A stretch of 64,000 bases of DNA from Mobula hypostoma (lineage: Eukaryota): the NCBI RefSeq assembly GCF_963921235.1, contig NC_086097.1, positions 198,960,001 to 199,024,000 on the forward strand. Reading direction: 5' to 3'. Of this stretch, positions 37,719-50,849 are shown piece after piece. Under the pieces are notes generated by a model that had not been told where the DNA came from, did no database searches, and worked only from the letters and a program-made list of their open reading frames with translations. Both the position numbers and the translations under genes were made by a program. The number at the start of each line of letters is the position of its first letter. Position 1 is the first letter of the stretch.

Positions 37719-39154
37719 GAAAAAGGATCTAGTGCTTTCCTGGTGTACATGATGAATAAATTTTTCTTGGGCTGTTAGCTGGCTATAAGTATCGATTTTA
37801 ACTGATGTTTCATGACAAACTCTGCCATCTTCATCAGGGGTGATGCCTGGGCATGTCTAGTTTGGTGGTATTTATACCCCCGTTGTCTGTCCCTCCTGAC
37901 TGGTTAGTCCTCATCCAATCAGGTTACAGCTGTCCCACCTTGATTACAATCAAGTTCCAGTTCTTACTTTGAGCAAGACCTTAATCTTTGTTAAAATTCT
38001 TTTCCTCTAGTTTTATCTCAATGGCTTTCTTCTCCAGGTGGTCCCAAAATCCACTGGCACAGCATCATAGTTTTGTCCCTGTAAGCACCAGCTATCCCGA
38101 GTCCCAGGTCATGTTTGACCCGCATAAGCTATGATTTGAGTTTCCTTATGGGTTTGTGAATGGTATTAATCCAGTATTTCTTGAGGATCCTGGCAATCCT
38201 TCCAGAAAACATGGAAATATAAGGAAGACAGGGGGCGGCGATGGGTTCCTCTTAATTCTTAGGTTTCCTGGTCTTTTCATCAGCCCCTTCCTTCACCTTG
38301 TAGCCATTCTGTAGGAACGTCATCTGTAATCATCTTATTTCCTCATGGAGACCCTCTGGGTCCGAAATAGTTTTCGCTTGGTTATTCAAAGTATTTTAAA
38401 ATGCTTTACATTGAGAGGTGTGATGGTGGCTGTTATTGTTGAGGTAAAAGTTCATGTGAGTGGGTTTCCAATAGACGCCATGTCCAAAATGATTGTCTGG
38501 TTTCTGTCATATTAGAATGTCCAGGAACAGGAGGCAACCATTCTTCTCCATCTCCATCAAAAATTGAATATTTGGACGTATACTATTTTAGATGGTTGGG
38601 GAGCTGTTGGATTTGCTGGAGTCCATGAGCCATGAGGCCACACTACAAAGGGGTCATGGACGTATCTGAAGAAGCATTTTGGGCGATGAACTCAGAGCCC
38701 TCTCCTCAAAGACCTCCATGTAGAAATTAGCAATAGCCAAGCACAGGAGGTGTATCCATTTGGGTGACCTGGAGAAATAGGTGGTAGTAGAACACTGCTT
38801 TTGCAGTGGGCATAGGACTGACTTTGACAGCACAAAACTACTATGCCACGCTAATGGCTTTTGAGATCATCCGCTGAAGGAAGCCATTGAAACAAACTAG
38901 AGGAAGAGAAGTTTAACAAAGATGAAGATCTCGCTCTAAGTAGGAACTGGAATTTGATTGTAAAAAGGTGGGACAGCGGAAACCTGATCGGTTGAGGAAT
39001 CGCTAATCAGGAGGGGTGGATGACGGGGTATAAATACTACTGGACTAAACATGCCCAGGCATCATCCCTGATGAAGATAGCAGAATTTGTCATCAAAACG
39101 TTGGTTAAAATTGATACCTGTACCTGGCTGGAAGCTCAGGAAGAGTTTATTCAT
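37719..39154 (-). mobile_element. Penelope-like element, Poseidon-type, decayed, with inverted terminal repeat copy
   Basis: Minus strand IANFYMEVFEERAL, FFRYVHD, FLDILI, KPTH remnants; 37752-38080 is the inverted copy of ~38820-39154; direct repeat TCATTTACTCTTCT at 37705-18 and 39151-64. Confidence 0.85.
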
Positions 39155-39364
39155 TTACTCTTCTTATCACTATTTTCAAAGACAACAAAATAGAAACAAA
39201 ATACCTTTATTTATTCCAACTAATAAAGAGGAATAATATTTCATCATCAGTTAACCCCTATTTTTCATGCCCTTACATTATTAAAATGAAGAAATATTAA
39301 ACATAGTTTTGTTCTGTAGATTTTCTTTGTAATTACATTTCAGTATTAAAATTCCAAACAAGGG

Positions 39365-39541
39365 AAAATCTGCAGATGCTGGAAACACAAGCAACACACA
39401 CAAAATGCCGGAGGAACGCAGCAGGCCAGGCAGCATCTATGGAAAAGAGTACAGTTGACATCACAGCCCGAATCTTCGACTATACTCTTTTCCATAGATG
39501 CCGTTGGCCTGCTGAGTTCCTCCAGTATTTTGCGTATGTTG
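39365..39541. repeat. Palindromic PLE-terminus-derived element
   Basis: ~65-bp arms 39391-39458 and 39476-39541 are imperfect reverse complements; both match PLE tails at 4320-4395 and 58132-58200. Confidence 0.8.
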
Positions 39542-39737
39542 TCAGAATTAAAATTATATGTTTTACTGCATTACTTATAATGTTGATGTGAACCAAGCAT
39601 TTTGACTGGTCCAGACCAACAACTTTATTTTATATCAATAAAGTTAAATGCTAAATGCTATGTATTTATCAGCAAGTAGTTAAAGCTCTGGTAATGTTCA
39701 GCATTGGCCATACCCTCAATGGAGTTTGACACAAAAA

Positions 39738-39738
<1 letters not shown>

Positions 39739-39783
<45 letters not shown>
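39739..39783. repeat. (TG)n microsatellite
   Basis: About 22 uninterrupted TG units. Confidence 0.98.
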
Positions 39784-39787
<4 letters not shown>

Positions 39788-42700
39788 TCATTTTTTTTTC
39801 TTTTCCAAAAGAGCGCTTTGCTTAATTTATGGTTAGGAGGATAAAAACAGATATACCCTCACACAAACAGGAGCACACAGAGCCACCCCTCCCTGACAAA
39901 ATTAGATAACTGGTGGAAAACCTTGTCAAATGACCTTTAAGCATATTACAATGTTTAGCAAACGTGCATTTTACCAACTTAGTTAGGTCTGAAAACTGTG
40001 AAAAATAAACCAAAGGTTGAAGCTGCAATATCCCTTTTCATGGGTTTATAGAAATGGATTTACTGGTTAAACATTGTACAGTGCCTGCTAAAGATGGAGA
40101 CTACCATAACCTCCAGGTGTACAAATGATGTACCATCTCTAGTGGCTTATAAAGCAAAACAATATAATTTCATCTCCAAGATTTGTGTTTAATTCCAATC
40201 CAATAAGAACTGCTCATTCACTTTGACTGCTGTAGGCCGCCTAAACTGAATTGCTTGTGGATGATATACCCAAATTACAGAAATGGTTTCAGATCTAGGT
40301 TTCATTTTAAAGCCATCCAATGAAATTGTTAGAAGTGATAAAAGCAGGGAGAGTATGGGAATTAAGGTATGATTCTACTGAAGTAAAAGTCTTTGTAAAG
40401 TTAAATATGGGACATGCTATTGGAGTGAAGAAGCTGTTTTTAACCTGTGGCATGCCAGTTCTTGTAGAGCGGTATACTAAATGTAAATTTAATTCCGAAA
40501 TGCTACATTGGGGACTGGAAATGCAACAAAATGTTAAGGCAACAGAAAACTTATCAAAGTGGAATGAAGCTCCAGTGGTGAAGTCATTCCTTTTATTAAA
40601 TTACTCCCATTACTCTCTATTTGACTATTGTGAATGTTTCTCAGCTGGTTCTTATCCTCTGAGAAATGCACTGTATGACCACTTATTTAGGTTACCTGTA
40701 TTTCTAGGATATTGTTTTCTTGCTATGGATTATGGTTAAGTGGCACAACAGGTCCTGTGTAGAGTCAGAATGACATCACTTTAATGACTTAATAAGAGTA
40801 AATTGATGAGGCAGGGATTCCATGGGAGATTGAAGTCCAAGAGGTAGAGTGTGTTAATGGGTGAATTACAATTCATAAGTCAAGGGTGATTTCCTGCACT
40901 GTGATGACATTACAAGTAAGTCAAACCCAAGCCTGTAAGGTGAAAGGAAAATATGATTCAGCAGCCCACACTTTAACTGTCAGGGTTCTGTTTTGTTAAA
41001 TAATAGTTAGTATAATGTTCAATTGATCGTGGAGAACTGTGATCAGAGGAGTACTACAGAGCTGAGAAATATTCACAGGAATTGTAAAGGAGAGAACTAT
41101 TTCACCCTAGACAGTTAGGCTCTATTTTTCTTGCAAAAAATGCTTCACTAGGATAGACTAATCAAGTAGGTGTTTAAAATGGTGTTACCCATTAACCACT
41201 TTTCAAAGAGCAGTGAAAGAGATAATGCAGTTGTTCACTTCAATAAAAGACTTCTTACAAAAAAATATAATGCCCATATATCAAAGCAACTTAAATTTTC
41301 TATAGGGTATATTTATGTTAATTATCACTACTATATAATGTTGTTTATTGTAGCTAGATGTGCATCACTAGATGATTATTCTTACTTCTGTAATAATTGA
41401 TTTCATAGTTGTACATTGTCAGGCACTATATAACAGAAATAATAAACATAAAGACATGCAGAATTAGAAACAATGCAAATATATCATTCATTATATGTAG
41501 CTGATTGACCAGTTTCTGAAAATGATGCATGCACATGGCTATGTTAAAAAAGCAGGAACGGTATTGAGCTGTATCCTTCTGAACAGAGACCAGCATGCTG
41601 ATACTGTGTATCTTTACATGCAATACTGACATGGCTTAATGGTCAAACCATCTTGAGCAATATGAAATGAGATTCTGCACTCTTATCAATTATCTCTTGT
41701 TTTCTTCCCTAAACCTCAAATCAATATTCCCTTCAGAAAGATGCCATGGAATGTAACAGCTCAGTGAAAATTTTGGTGTCACACATAATTACTACCTCTT
41801 TAATAAAATGAGTTAGCTTTGCAACATACTTCTGTCATTATTCTGCAAACCACATCCATTGTCACAAATAAATACAATGCTAGATTCCATTCTATCCACT
41901 AATCCAAAACCTATTTTTAAGATTCCTATAAGTTGCTGCTTGATTGGCACACTTCTGGTATCTTCTATTTTAGATTTTTTAGTAATTGCAGTTCTCCTTT
42001 TATTATGACCACATTTTGACATTATCAAATGTCAGATGGAAGATTAATATTGACTGAGTGAATATATCAGAGGCTGAATTATGAGTGAATAACTGGCTAA
42101 ATTAATTCAGCAGTGTTAAGAAAGATTAAAAGGGTCTTATACTTTAATGCCAATCATCAAAGACCTGCTTTTAATCTGCTTAAGACACTCTGACAATGTA
42201 TTTGACTTGAATACATGGAAATAAGTGACTGCTTGTAATAATAGGAAAATAGCAAATGACAGCAGTTTTTAGTGATAAGCTTAAATCATTTTCTCTCTCT
42301 TCATTTACAGAAACAACTGCGACTGGAAATAAATGAAACCAGGTAGATGAAAAATTGCTTAAAAACTCTTTCATTCTACCACCATCCAGGTCCCTAGGAT
42401 TTTATGGTGCTCAGGGGTTGAATCTACTGCAGAATTTAAGGTTCACTGCAAGAATTGTTTACTAGAAAAAAAAGCATAATTCAGAAATTAATATACATTC
42501 CGCTACTCCTCCCAATATGATTCTGGCTGAAGCAGGGAGAGGTAAATGAGAAGAAGGGAAGGGAGAAATGGAAAGATGACAAAGGAGGGCAATGGAAAAG
42601 TTGGGATGAAGAGCCAGCAGAGGGAAAGTGAGTGAAAACGAGAAAGGAGGGTTGAACAAAAAACAAGAGAAGGGGAGAATGTGAGGAGAAGTACAACGAA

Positions 42701-43232
42701 CAGAAAATAGAAAGGGGAGCTAAGGAAAAGAAAAATGAAAAAAAAAGACAGGGAAAGGGGTGGAAGAGATGGGAAGGGAAGGGAAATACAAGGGATTGGT
42801 TGGAAAATAGAAGCAATTCAAAGAAGGGAAATGGCATTTAGGGCAAAGATAGACAACAAGGAAGAGAGTCTCAGGAGGCAAATTATCTCAGGAGCAGTCC
42901 TTAAGCAATAAAATAATGACAACTACATCAACTCAGAAATTGCCAATAGCTGAAGAACAAGAAAGGGTTCTGAATGTGTAGTGAATGTTGCCTCATAGGA
43001 TGCCTGATAGGTTTGTAGCTGGATACATGTGATAATGTCAAATGCTTGATAAGGAGTGACAGCAGCTACTAATACATGACCTAATGTAGTTTAGGAGAAG
43101 CTACAAGAGCATGTAGTATACTGTACTAGGATGCATAAAAACATCTGTCAGTAAAAGGAAATTATGCATGATTGTAGATCGCCAGTATTAACAAGTAGGG
43201 TAGGAAATGGAGAAGACCCAGTTTTTCCAAAA

Positions 43233-43914
43233 GGAGGAGAAGATGGCGGCGCGACGCAGCTCGCAGTGGCCACTCCGGTGGTGATGTCTGTTATTTGTCA
43301 AGTAGGGTGCCGTGCACAATCCTAATTTGATGGAGATGGACGTGAGAGCATGGAGGAACATCTGGTGAGACTTCTGAAATGCCTGCTTTGCTGCTGCTGC
43401 TACTGTGTGGTCCAGAATCTCCGGAGGAGAAGGCCCCGAGTCCTCGGCTTTGCTTGTTGCTCAGCGGCCGGGGCGGGGTCGAAGCACTCAGCAGAGGATG
43501 GTGCTCGGAGAGGCTGGTCGGAGGCTCGAAGTTTTCGGACGGACTCAGAGTCCACTGCGGTCGGGTGCTTCCAATGGTGCTGCATCGGCAAGTTGGCGGT
43601 GCTTGGAGGTTCATGGCAGGGACAGTTTCTCCCTTCTGCCGCCTATGTGAGATGATGAGTCTATCGGGACTTTGAGACTATTTTTTTTACCGTGCCTATG
43701 GTCTACTCTTTATCAAATTATGGTATTGCTTTGTACTGTTGTAACTATATATTATAATTATGTGGTTTTGTCAGTTTTAGTCTTGGTTTGTCCTGTGATT
43801 CTTGTGATATCATTCTGGAGGAATGTTGTATCATTTTTTAATACATGCATTTCTAAATGACAATAAACAAGGACTGAGTGTCCTCATAATCTAATCTAAT
43901 CTAATCTAATCTAA
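43233..43914 (+). mobile_element. Non-autonomous retroposon with AAGATGGCGG head and (TCTAA)n tail
   Basis: CpG-rich head ggaggagAAGATGGCGGcg, no credible ORF, AATAAA 43862-67, (TCTAA)n; second 3' copy at 201-291. Confidence 0.75.
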
Positions 43915-44044
43915 AATGGTTAACTGAACCTTAGGGCTCTTTTTCAGGAGTGCTCGTATTAGTGGAGCTGGGGGAAGTTTATTTTCCAAAGAAAGGTATG
44001 TTTAGTATCAGATGATGATGTAAAGCTGATGCCTTGAAGGAGCA

Positions 44045-44211
44045 AATTTCAAGTTCAAGTTTAATTGTCATTCAACCATACACAGGAATACAGCCAAATG
44101 AAATAGTGTTCCTCTGGGGCCAAGGTGCAAAATACAATACTACAGTCACACACAGCACACTGACCATATAGCACATATAATTATGATAGCAGAAAAAACA
44201 GTTACAAAACG

Positions 44212-44244
<33 letters not shown>

Positions 44245-44895
44245 TAGCTCAAATCCCTGAATGTCATGGTCTGTAGATTGATGGTGCATAAATGTTGTCC
44301 TGGAGCCACGTTTCTGGAAAAAGAAGCTGCAGCAGTTCCTCATTTCATGCAATTGGAGCCGCAGACCAAAGCAAACTAGCTCATCTTCCTGGGAGTGAAT
44401 ACTAGAGAGCAGCAGCGATACGAGGGTCCAGCTTTCAACTCAGTGTGGAATCCAGCAGCACACAGCCAGTTCCAGGGTCTGCTTCACTGGCAAACGTAAC
44501 AGGTGACTCCAAGGCACATGGCCTTGTCCGTGCAACAACCGAGACGACGCAGCTCCCCTGTTTGCCTTGCCAATGAACCAGTGAATCGGGCTCGCAGTAG
44601 TCCACATTACCAATGTCCAACTGGGTCTTACAATCTTGAGAAAAATGACCAAGCCAATCACTTCCAACATTTGTTGGATCACGTCCCACCTGCGTGGCCG
44701 AAGCAGGCTGCAACACAATGCACAATGAGTCCAGTTCCAGCGCTATTCAGCAACTTGCTAGGGTACACTCGCCATACCTGATGTCTTAAATATCCAGCAG
44801 TGTCTTGGGATCATAAAATAGATATAAAGGGCAAATAATTGCACCTTTGTTTAGACCCAGAGAAACTGTTGCATCTGAGTGCACTGTCATTTTAC
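44045..44895 (-). mobile_element. Older non-autonomous LINE-tailed element containing a (TAA)n tract at ~44215-44243
   Basis: Reverse complement ends gaatgacaattaaacttgaactt; GC-richer 5' part; no ORF. Confidence 0.5.
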
Positions 44896-45691
44896 TAGAA
44901 AATATTTGAAGGCAATGCACACATAATATAGCAGAATAGCCTTCTTCAAGTGGCCCCAGATAACAATGCAACCAATGGCAATGTCCTGCAGATGGTTCAC
45001 AAAACCACTTCCTTAACTCCTTTTACTTCTTCTTCTTTCAAGTATGATTCTATTACTAAACTGTGATTGGAACCTGTGATTTGCATTTTGAAGGTGTTTT
45101 TCTGGGCCGATTAACTTGTCTGTCATTTTGCTGTCTCTGAGGGAGTTCAGTGAGTTTTGGACCAGAGTGTACAGCCTGGAGACCATGATCAACTCCATTG
45201 CTTCTCTTTGATTGAGGCATTGAGTAAGGTTGAAGTCAACGAGGTCGAGAGCAGAGGGTGGGTGGGTGTTCGGTGCCATCTGCCTGCATTTCACTGATTT
45301 TCCTCTCCCTCTCACTAGCGGCTGTCTAGAAAAATACGGGGGCCTTTCGATCCATGTTGCAAAGATTGATCAGTTTTGAGGGACTTTGAGGTTCGTCGCA
45401 TGTGTTTCTGGATTCTTGTTACTGTTTTCGTGCAGTTTGATCGGGGCGATGAATGCGGACTGAAGCACTTTGACGAAGAATAGCCTTGCAGCCTACAGTA
45501 AGTTCTACACTACTGGACCCCTGGTTTGATGTTTGATATTCTATGTGTTGTTCACTTGCTTTCCCGGTTACACAACTTGTCATTTTTTCACTCGTTGAGG
45601 GCTTGCTATTTTCTTGAATGGGTTCCATGATGTATCTTTGTTTTGTGTCTGCCTTTGGGAGGATAAATCTCAGAGTTGTATTCTGCATACC

Positions 45692-46380
45692 TTATACTTT
45701 ATAGTCGCCAAATAATTGATACTAGAACGTACAATCATCACAGCGATATTTGATTCTGCACTTGGCGCTCCCTGGAGTACAAATCGATAGTAAATATTAA
45801 AAATTTAAATTATAAATCATAAATAGAAAATAGAAAAGGGAAAGTAAGGTAGTGTAAAAAAAAACGAGAGGCAGGTCCGGATATTTGGTAGGTACGGCCC
45901 AGGTCCATGTCAGGATCCCTTCAGCAGTCTTATCACAGTTGGAAAGAACCTGTTCCCAAATCTGGCCGTACGAGTCTTCAAGCTCCTGAGCCTTCTCCCG
46001 GAGGGAAGAGGGACGAAAAGTGTGTTGGCTGGGTGGGTCGTGCCCTTGATTATCCTGGCAGCACTGCTCCGACAGCATGTGGTGTAAAGTGAGTCCAAGG
46101 ATGGAAGAATGGTTTGTGTGATGTGCTGTGCCGTGTTCACGATCTTCTGCAGCTTCTTCCAGTCTTGGACAGGACAACTTCCATACCAGGTTGTGATGCA
46201 CCCTAGAAGAATGCTTTCTACAGTGCATCTGTAAAAATTAGTGAGGGTTTTAGGGGACAGGCCAAATTTCTTTAGTTTTCTCAGGAAGTAAAGGTGCTGG
46301 TGGACATTCTTGGCAGTGGACTCTGCTTGGTTGGACCAAGCCAGGTCATTTGTGATATTGACCCCGAGGAACTTAAAGCT
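45692..46380 (-). mobile_element. Rex1/Babar-like 3' fragment nested in another repeat (~45310-46420)
   Basis: AARIIKGTTHPANTLFVPLPSGRRLRSLKTRTARFGNRFFPTVIRLL; host tail resumes at catacatactttgataataaa. Confidence 0.8.
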
Positions 46381-47759
46381 TCATACATACTTTGATAATA
46401 AATGTACTTTGAACCTTTAGAACCATAGAAGGACCAAGGGTTAGTTTTGCGTTACTTCTTCGTTACAAACATTTATCCAAAGGAAAGGTGTCATTAATCT
46501 GAAACGTTCATGTTCTTTCTCTACCAATGCTGCCTGACCTGCTGTGTATTTTCTGCATGTTCTGTTTTTGTTTCAGATTTCAATGAGGATTCCATAGTGC
46601 ACCCCTACCCACCCCACTCCACATTCACCAAAAGGAGAAAATTCTGTTCTGTGTCCCACCACATTCCCAGCAGTTACTCATGGGATATCTGCTTAGGTTG
46701 CTACTGGTTATCGTTCCTGAGATGGAAGAGCACTAAGCTGTATGATGCAAATATTCAACAGCAGCAGCTCCCCAGCCCAATTCAAGTGAGCCCTGACTCA
46801 CAAAGTCGAAGCCCCGTTTTTCAGTCAGTTTGGGTGAATATCAGTCTGCCCCATCAGAGAGTATGAGTTGGAAGCAATGCAACTCTGTAATTAGAATTGA
46901 AGAGAGCCCTGGAGAGTGTTGTAGAACAGAGAAACCTTAGGTGCAAGCACATAGTTCCTAGAAAGTGACAGCACAGGTAGACAGGGCGTATTGGCATACT
47001 CGATTTTATCAGTAGATTATTGAGTGTAAGAGTTGGGATATTATGTTACAACTGTACATTATGGTGTTATAGTCCAGAATTTAAAAAAATGATAAATGGT
47101 AATTGGTTGCAGTGTTCAAGTTGGGAAATTGTGCCAACAGGAAACTGAAGATGAAACCCAAGATCAGCATGATGAAGAATGGAGAGAAATCTTAAAAGAA
47201 GTTGTAGAAGAAAAAAAATGATATTTGTCTGAAGATAATAACCTAATTAATTCTAGATTACAAACAATTAAATTCATTCCTAGCTCCATACCCTAAATAC
47301 ATGGCATGGCACTACAAGCACATTGTGCTATGCTTTCAAAGTTTTGAAATTATGACACAAGATTTTGAAACTAGATTTGCAATGGCAGTCATTAGTAAAT
47401 TGCGTGTTGGATGTATGTGACTGATCTGTAAGCACTTTACCTTTTATCCACAAGAATTATTGGCCCAGGCAACAGTGATCATAACTTTATCCACAATACC
47501 TTTAACTCTAAATTACACCTAATCCCACCCTAGATTCTGTGATTCTTTAATTTTCATTGAATCTGTATTCTGCAAATCCCCAAATAATTTCACTTAATAA
47601 AAGCATCATTCACTCAAGGTAATTAAATACCAAGGAACAGAGGTAAGAACAGTCCATCTAAACTATGAAGATTGCTCCATTGCTCAGTAAATCCATGGAT
47701 GGTCAGATTATGGCATCAACACCTTCTTGCCTGTTCCTTATCACTCTTGATTTCCTTAT

Positions 47760-49578
47760 AGAACCATAGAGACTACAGCACAGAAACAGGCCTTTTGGCC
47801 CTTCTTGGCTGTGCTGAACCATTTTCTGCCTAGTCCCACTGACCTGCACATGGACCATATCCCTCCATACACCTCCCATCCATGTATCTGTCCAATTTAT
47901 TCTTAAATGTTAAAAAAGAACCCGCATTTACCACCTCGTCTGGCAGCTCATTCCATACTCCCACCACTCTCTGTGTGAAGAAGCCCTCCCTAATGTTCCC
48001 TTTAAACTTTTCCCCCCTCACCCTTAACCCATGTTCTCTGGTTTTTTTCTCCCCTTGCCTCAGTGGAAAAAGCCTGCTTGCATTCACTCTATCTATAGCC
48101 ATCATAATTTTATATACCTCTATCAAATCTCCCCTCATTCTTCTACGCTCCAGGGAATAAAGTCCTAACCTAATCAACCTTTCTCTGTAACTGAGTTTCT
48201 CAAGTCCTGGCAACATCCTTGTAAACCTTCTCTGCACTCTTTCAACCTTATTTATATCCTTCCTGTAATTTGGTGACCAAAACTGAACACAATACTCCAG
48301 ATTCGGCCTCACCAATGCCTTATACAACCTCATCATAACATTCCAGCTCTTATACTCAATACTTTGATTAATAAAGGCCAATGTACCAAAAGCTCTCTTT
48401 ACGACCCTATCTACCTGTGACACCACTTTTAGGGAATTTTGTATCTGTATTCCCAGATCCCTCTGTTCCACTGCACTCCTCAGTGCCTTACCATTAACCC
48501 TGTATGTTCTACCTTGGTTTGTCCTTCCAACGTGCAATACCTCACACTTGTCTGTATTAAACTCCATCTGCCATTTTTCAGCCCATTTTTCCAGCTGGTC
48601 CAAGTCCCTCTGCAGGCTCTGAAAACCGTCCTCGCTGTCTACTACACCTCCAATCTTTGTATCATCAGCAAATTTGCTGATCCAATTTACCACATTATCA
48701 TCCAGATCATTGATATAGATGACAAATAACAATGGACCCAGCAGTGATCCCTGTGACACACCGCTAGTCACAGGGCTCCACTCGGAGAAGCAATTCTCTA
48801 CTACCACTCTTTGGCTTCTTCCATTGAGCCAATGTCTAATCCAATTTACCACCTCTCCATGTATACCTAGCAACTGAATTTTCCTAACTAACCTCCCATG
48901 CGGGACCTTGTCAAAGGCCTTACTGAAGTCCATGTAGACAATATCCACTGCCTTCCCTTCATCCACTTTCCTGGTAACCTCCTCGAAAAACTCCAATAGA
49001 TTGGTCAAACATGACCTACCACACACAAAGCCATGTTGACTCTCCCTAATAGGTCCCTGTCTATCCAAATGCTTGTAGATTCTGTCTCTTAGTACTCCCT
49101 CCAATAACTTACCTACTACCGACGTTAAACTTACTGGCCTATAATTTCCCGGATTACTTTTCAATTCTTTTTTAAACAACGGAACAACATGAGCCACTCT
49201 CCAATTCTCCAGCCCCTCACCTGTAGACAGCGATATTTTAAATATTTCTGCCAGGGCCCCTGCAATTTCAACACTAGTCTCCTTCAAGGTCCGAGGGAAC
49301 ACCCTGTCAGGTCCCAGGGATTTATCCACTTTAATTTTCCTCAAGACAGCAAGGACCTCCTCCTTTTCGATCTGTACAGTTTCCATGATCTCACTACTTG
49401 TTTCCCTTAATTCCACAGACTTCATGCCAGTTTCCCTAGTAAATACAGATGCAAAAAACCCATTTAAGATCTCCCCCATTTCCTTTGGTTCCGCACATAG
49501 CCGACCACTCTGATCTTCAAGAGGACCAATTTTATCCCTTACAATCCTTTTGCTCTTAATATACCTGTAAAAGCTCTG
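47760..49578 (-). mobile_element. Young 5'-truncated CR1 with uninterrupted 549-aa RT ORF
   Basis: ORF 47830-49479 with NYRPVSLTSVVGK, DFSKAFDKVPH, FADD, VRPNLEYCVQFW; complete 3' UTR; sits inside an older CR1 tail. Confidence 0.95.
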
Positions 49579-50849
49579 AGATAGTCCAATAATCTATCTC
49601 AGTCTTGAATATTTTCAATGACTTTAATTTCAGGAGTAAAAATTCCAAATGCTCATTTCCTTCAAGGAAAATAAATGTCTCCTTATTTCTGTCTTATGTG
49701 GGAGGTCTCTTATTTTGAAGTTATGTTCCATGAAATGCCACACATATATAGCTTGGTCATTATCACTCTCACCTCAAGGTCAAATCTTTTCATTCCCCAT
49801 TAGATCTGCTTGGAAGGAAAATGCACTTCACAATGAGATAGTAAGGGCTACGATAATGTGTGAATCGGACAACTAGAGTTGATTACAGCAAAGGTTTTCT
49901 TCTGCAGTACAAGCTTTGAAGTCAAGAGGCACAAAACTTAAATAAGATACTACCAATGTCTGGAGGGTGCAACTACAACTTAGCTGGGATCTGTGCTGGA
50001 GTTTCTACTAGGGTTTGTATTATAAATATGGAATAGTAATTTATTTTTAAAAATGACACTAAGTATATTCGCTATATTTTAAACCTCAAGGATAATTGGG
50101 TAATTATAATATTTTTAAAAATTTTGGCAGTCAGAGGTGTTAATTAGAGATTAGTAAATTGTTTGTAGACTTTATCTTGCAAGTCAAAGGCTTGTTTTTG
50201 TTTTGTAGCAAGGTATGATACATTGGAGTGCAGCTTCTATTATTTTACACATGAAGGTTAATTGACGCAATGTAGTTTGAATAAAGGGTGAAATTTCATG
50301 CTCAATTACTCAATTTTTAAGCACTTTTTTTGTAAGAAAATCTATTTACAAATCTGTACTTGTTAGTATTCCACTGGTAAGATTATCTTTCAGGGATAAC
50401 AGATCGACTGACATTATTACATGAATACTATCATAGTTTTATAGATGAACAAGTCCGCAAGGTTCATTCCTGAGTCTTCCCTTCCCTTCCCTCTCTTGAC
50501 CTCCCTATGTCCATGACAGGGAACAGGTAGACTACTAATATCAATTACAAGCCCATCTTTCACAGCCATCTCGCCCACGTTTCTTATTCCCTGTAAGGAT
50601 AGACTGTTTTGTTTCTCTGTGTATCTGTTCTGACAATAAGGTTTCCACACCAGTGTTTTTGAGACAACTTCAAATTTCCTTATCACATTTTTTTCCATTC
50701 CCCAGATGACATCTGACTTGCTGAGTATTTCCACCTTCTCTTTTACTTCAGATTTCCAGCCAATGCTGTGTCTCCATCTCCTTGTTCCAGTATTGTTCAT
50801 TTGCTTTTCTCCCTTTCTTCTGCCCTCATTCTTCTCCCTCTATCAACAC

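Noticed and set aside
40320..40739. 139-aa plus-strand ORF
   Set aside because: No motifs recognised; probably chance or ancient repeat debris.
42481..42900. 118-aa Phe/Ser/Pro-rich ORF
   Set aside because: Low-complexity purine tract, not coding.
43291..43675. Cluster of overlapping 60-107-aa ORFs suggesting a CpG-island gene
   Set aside because: GC-rich repeat with few stop codons; no recognisable protein or splice structure.
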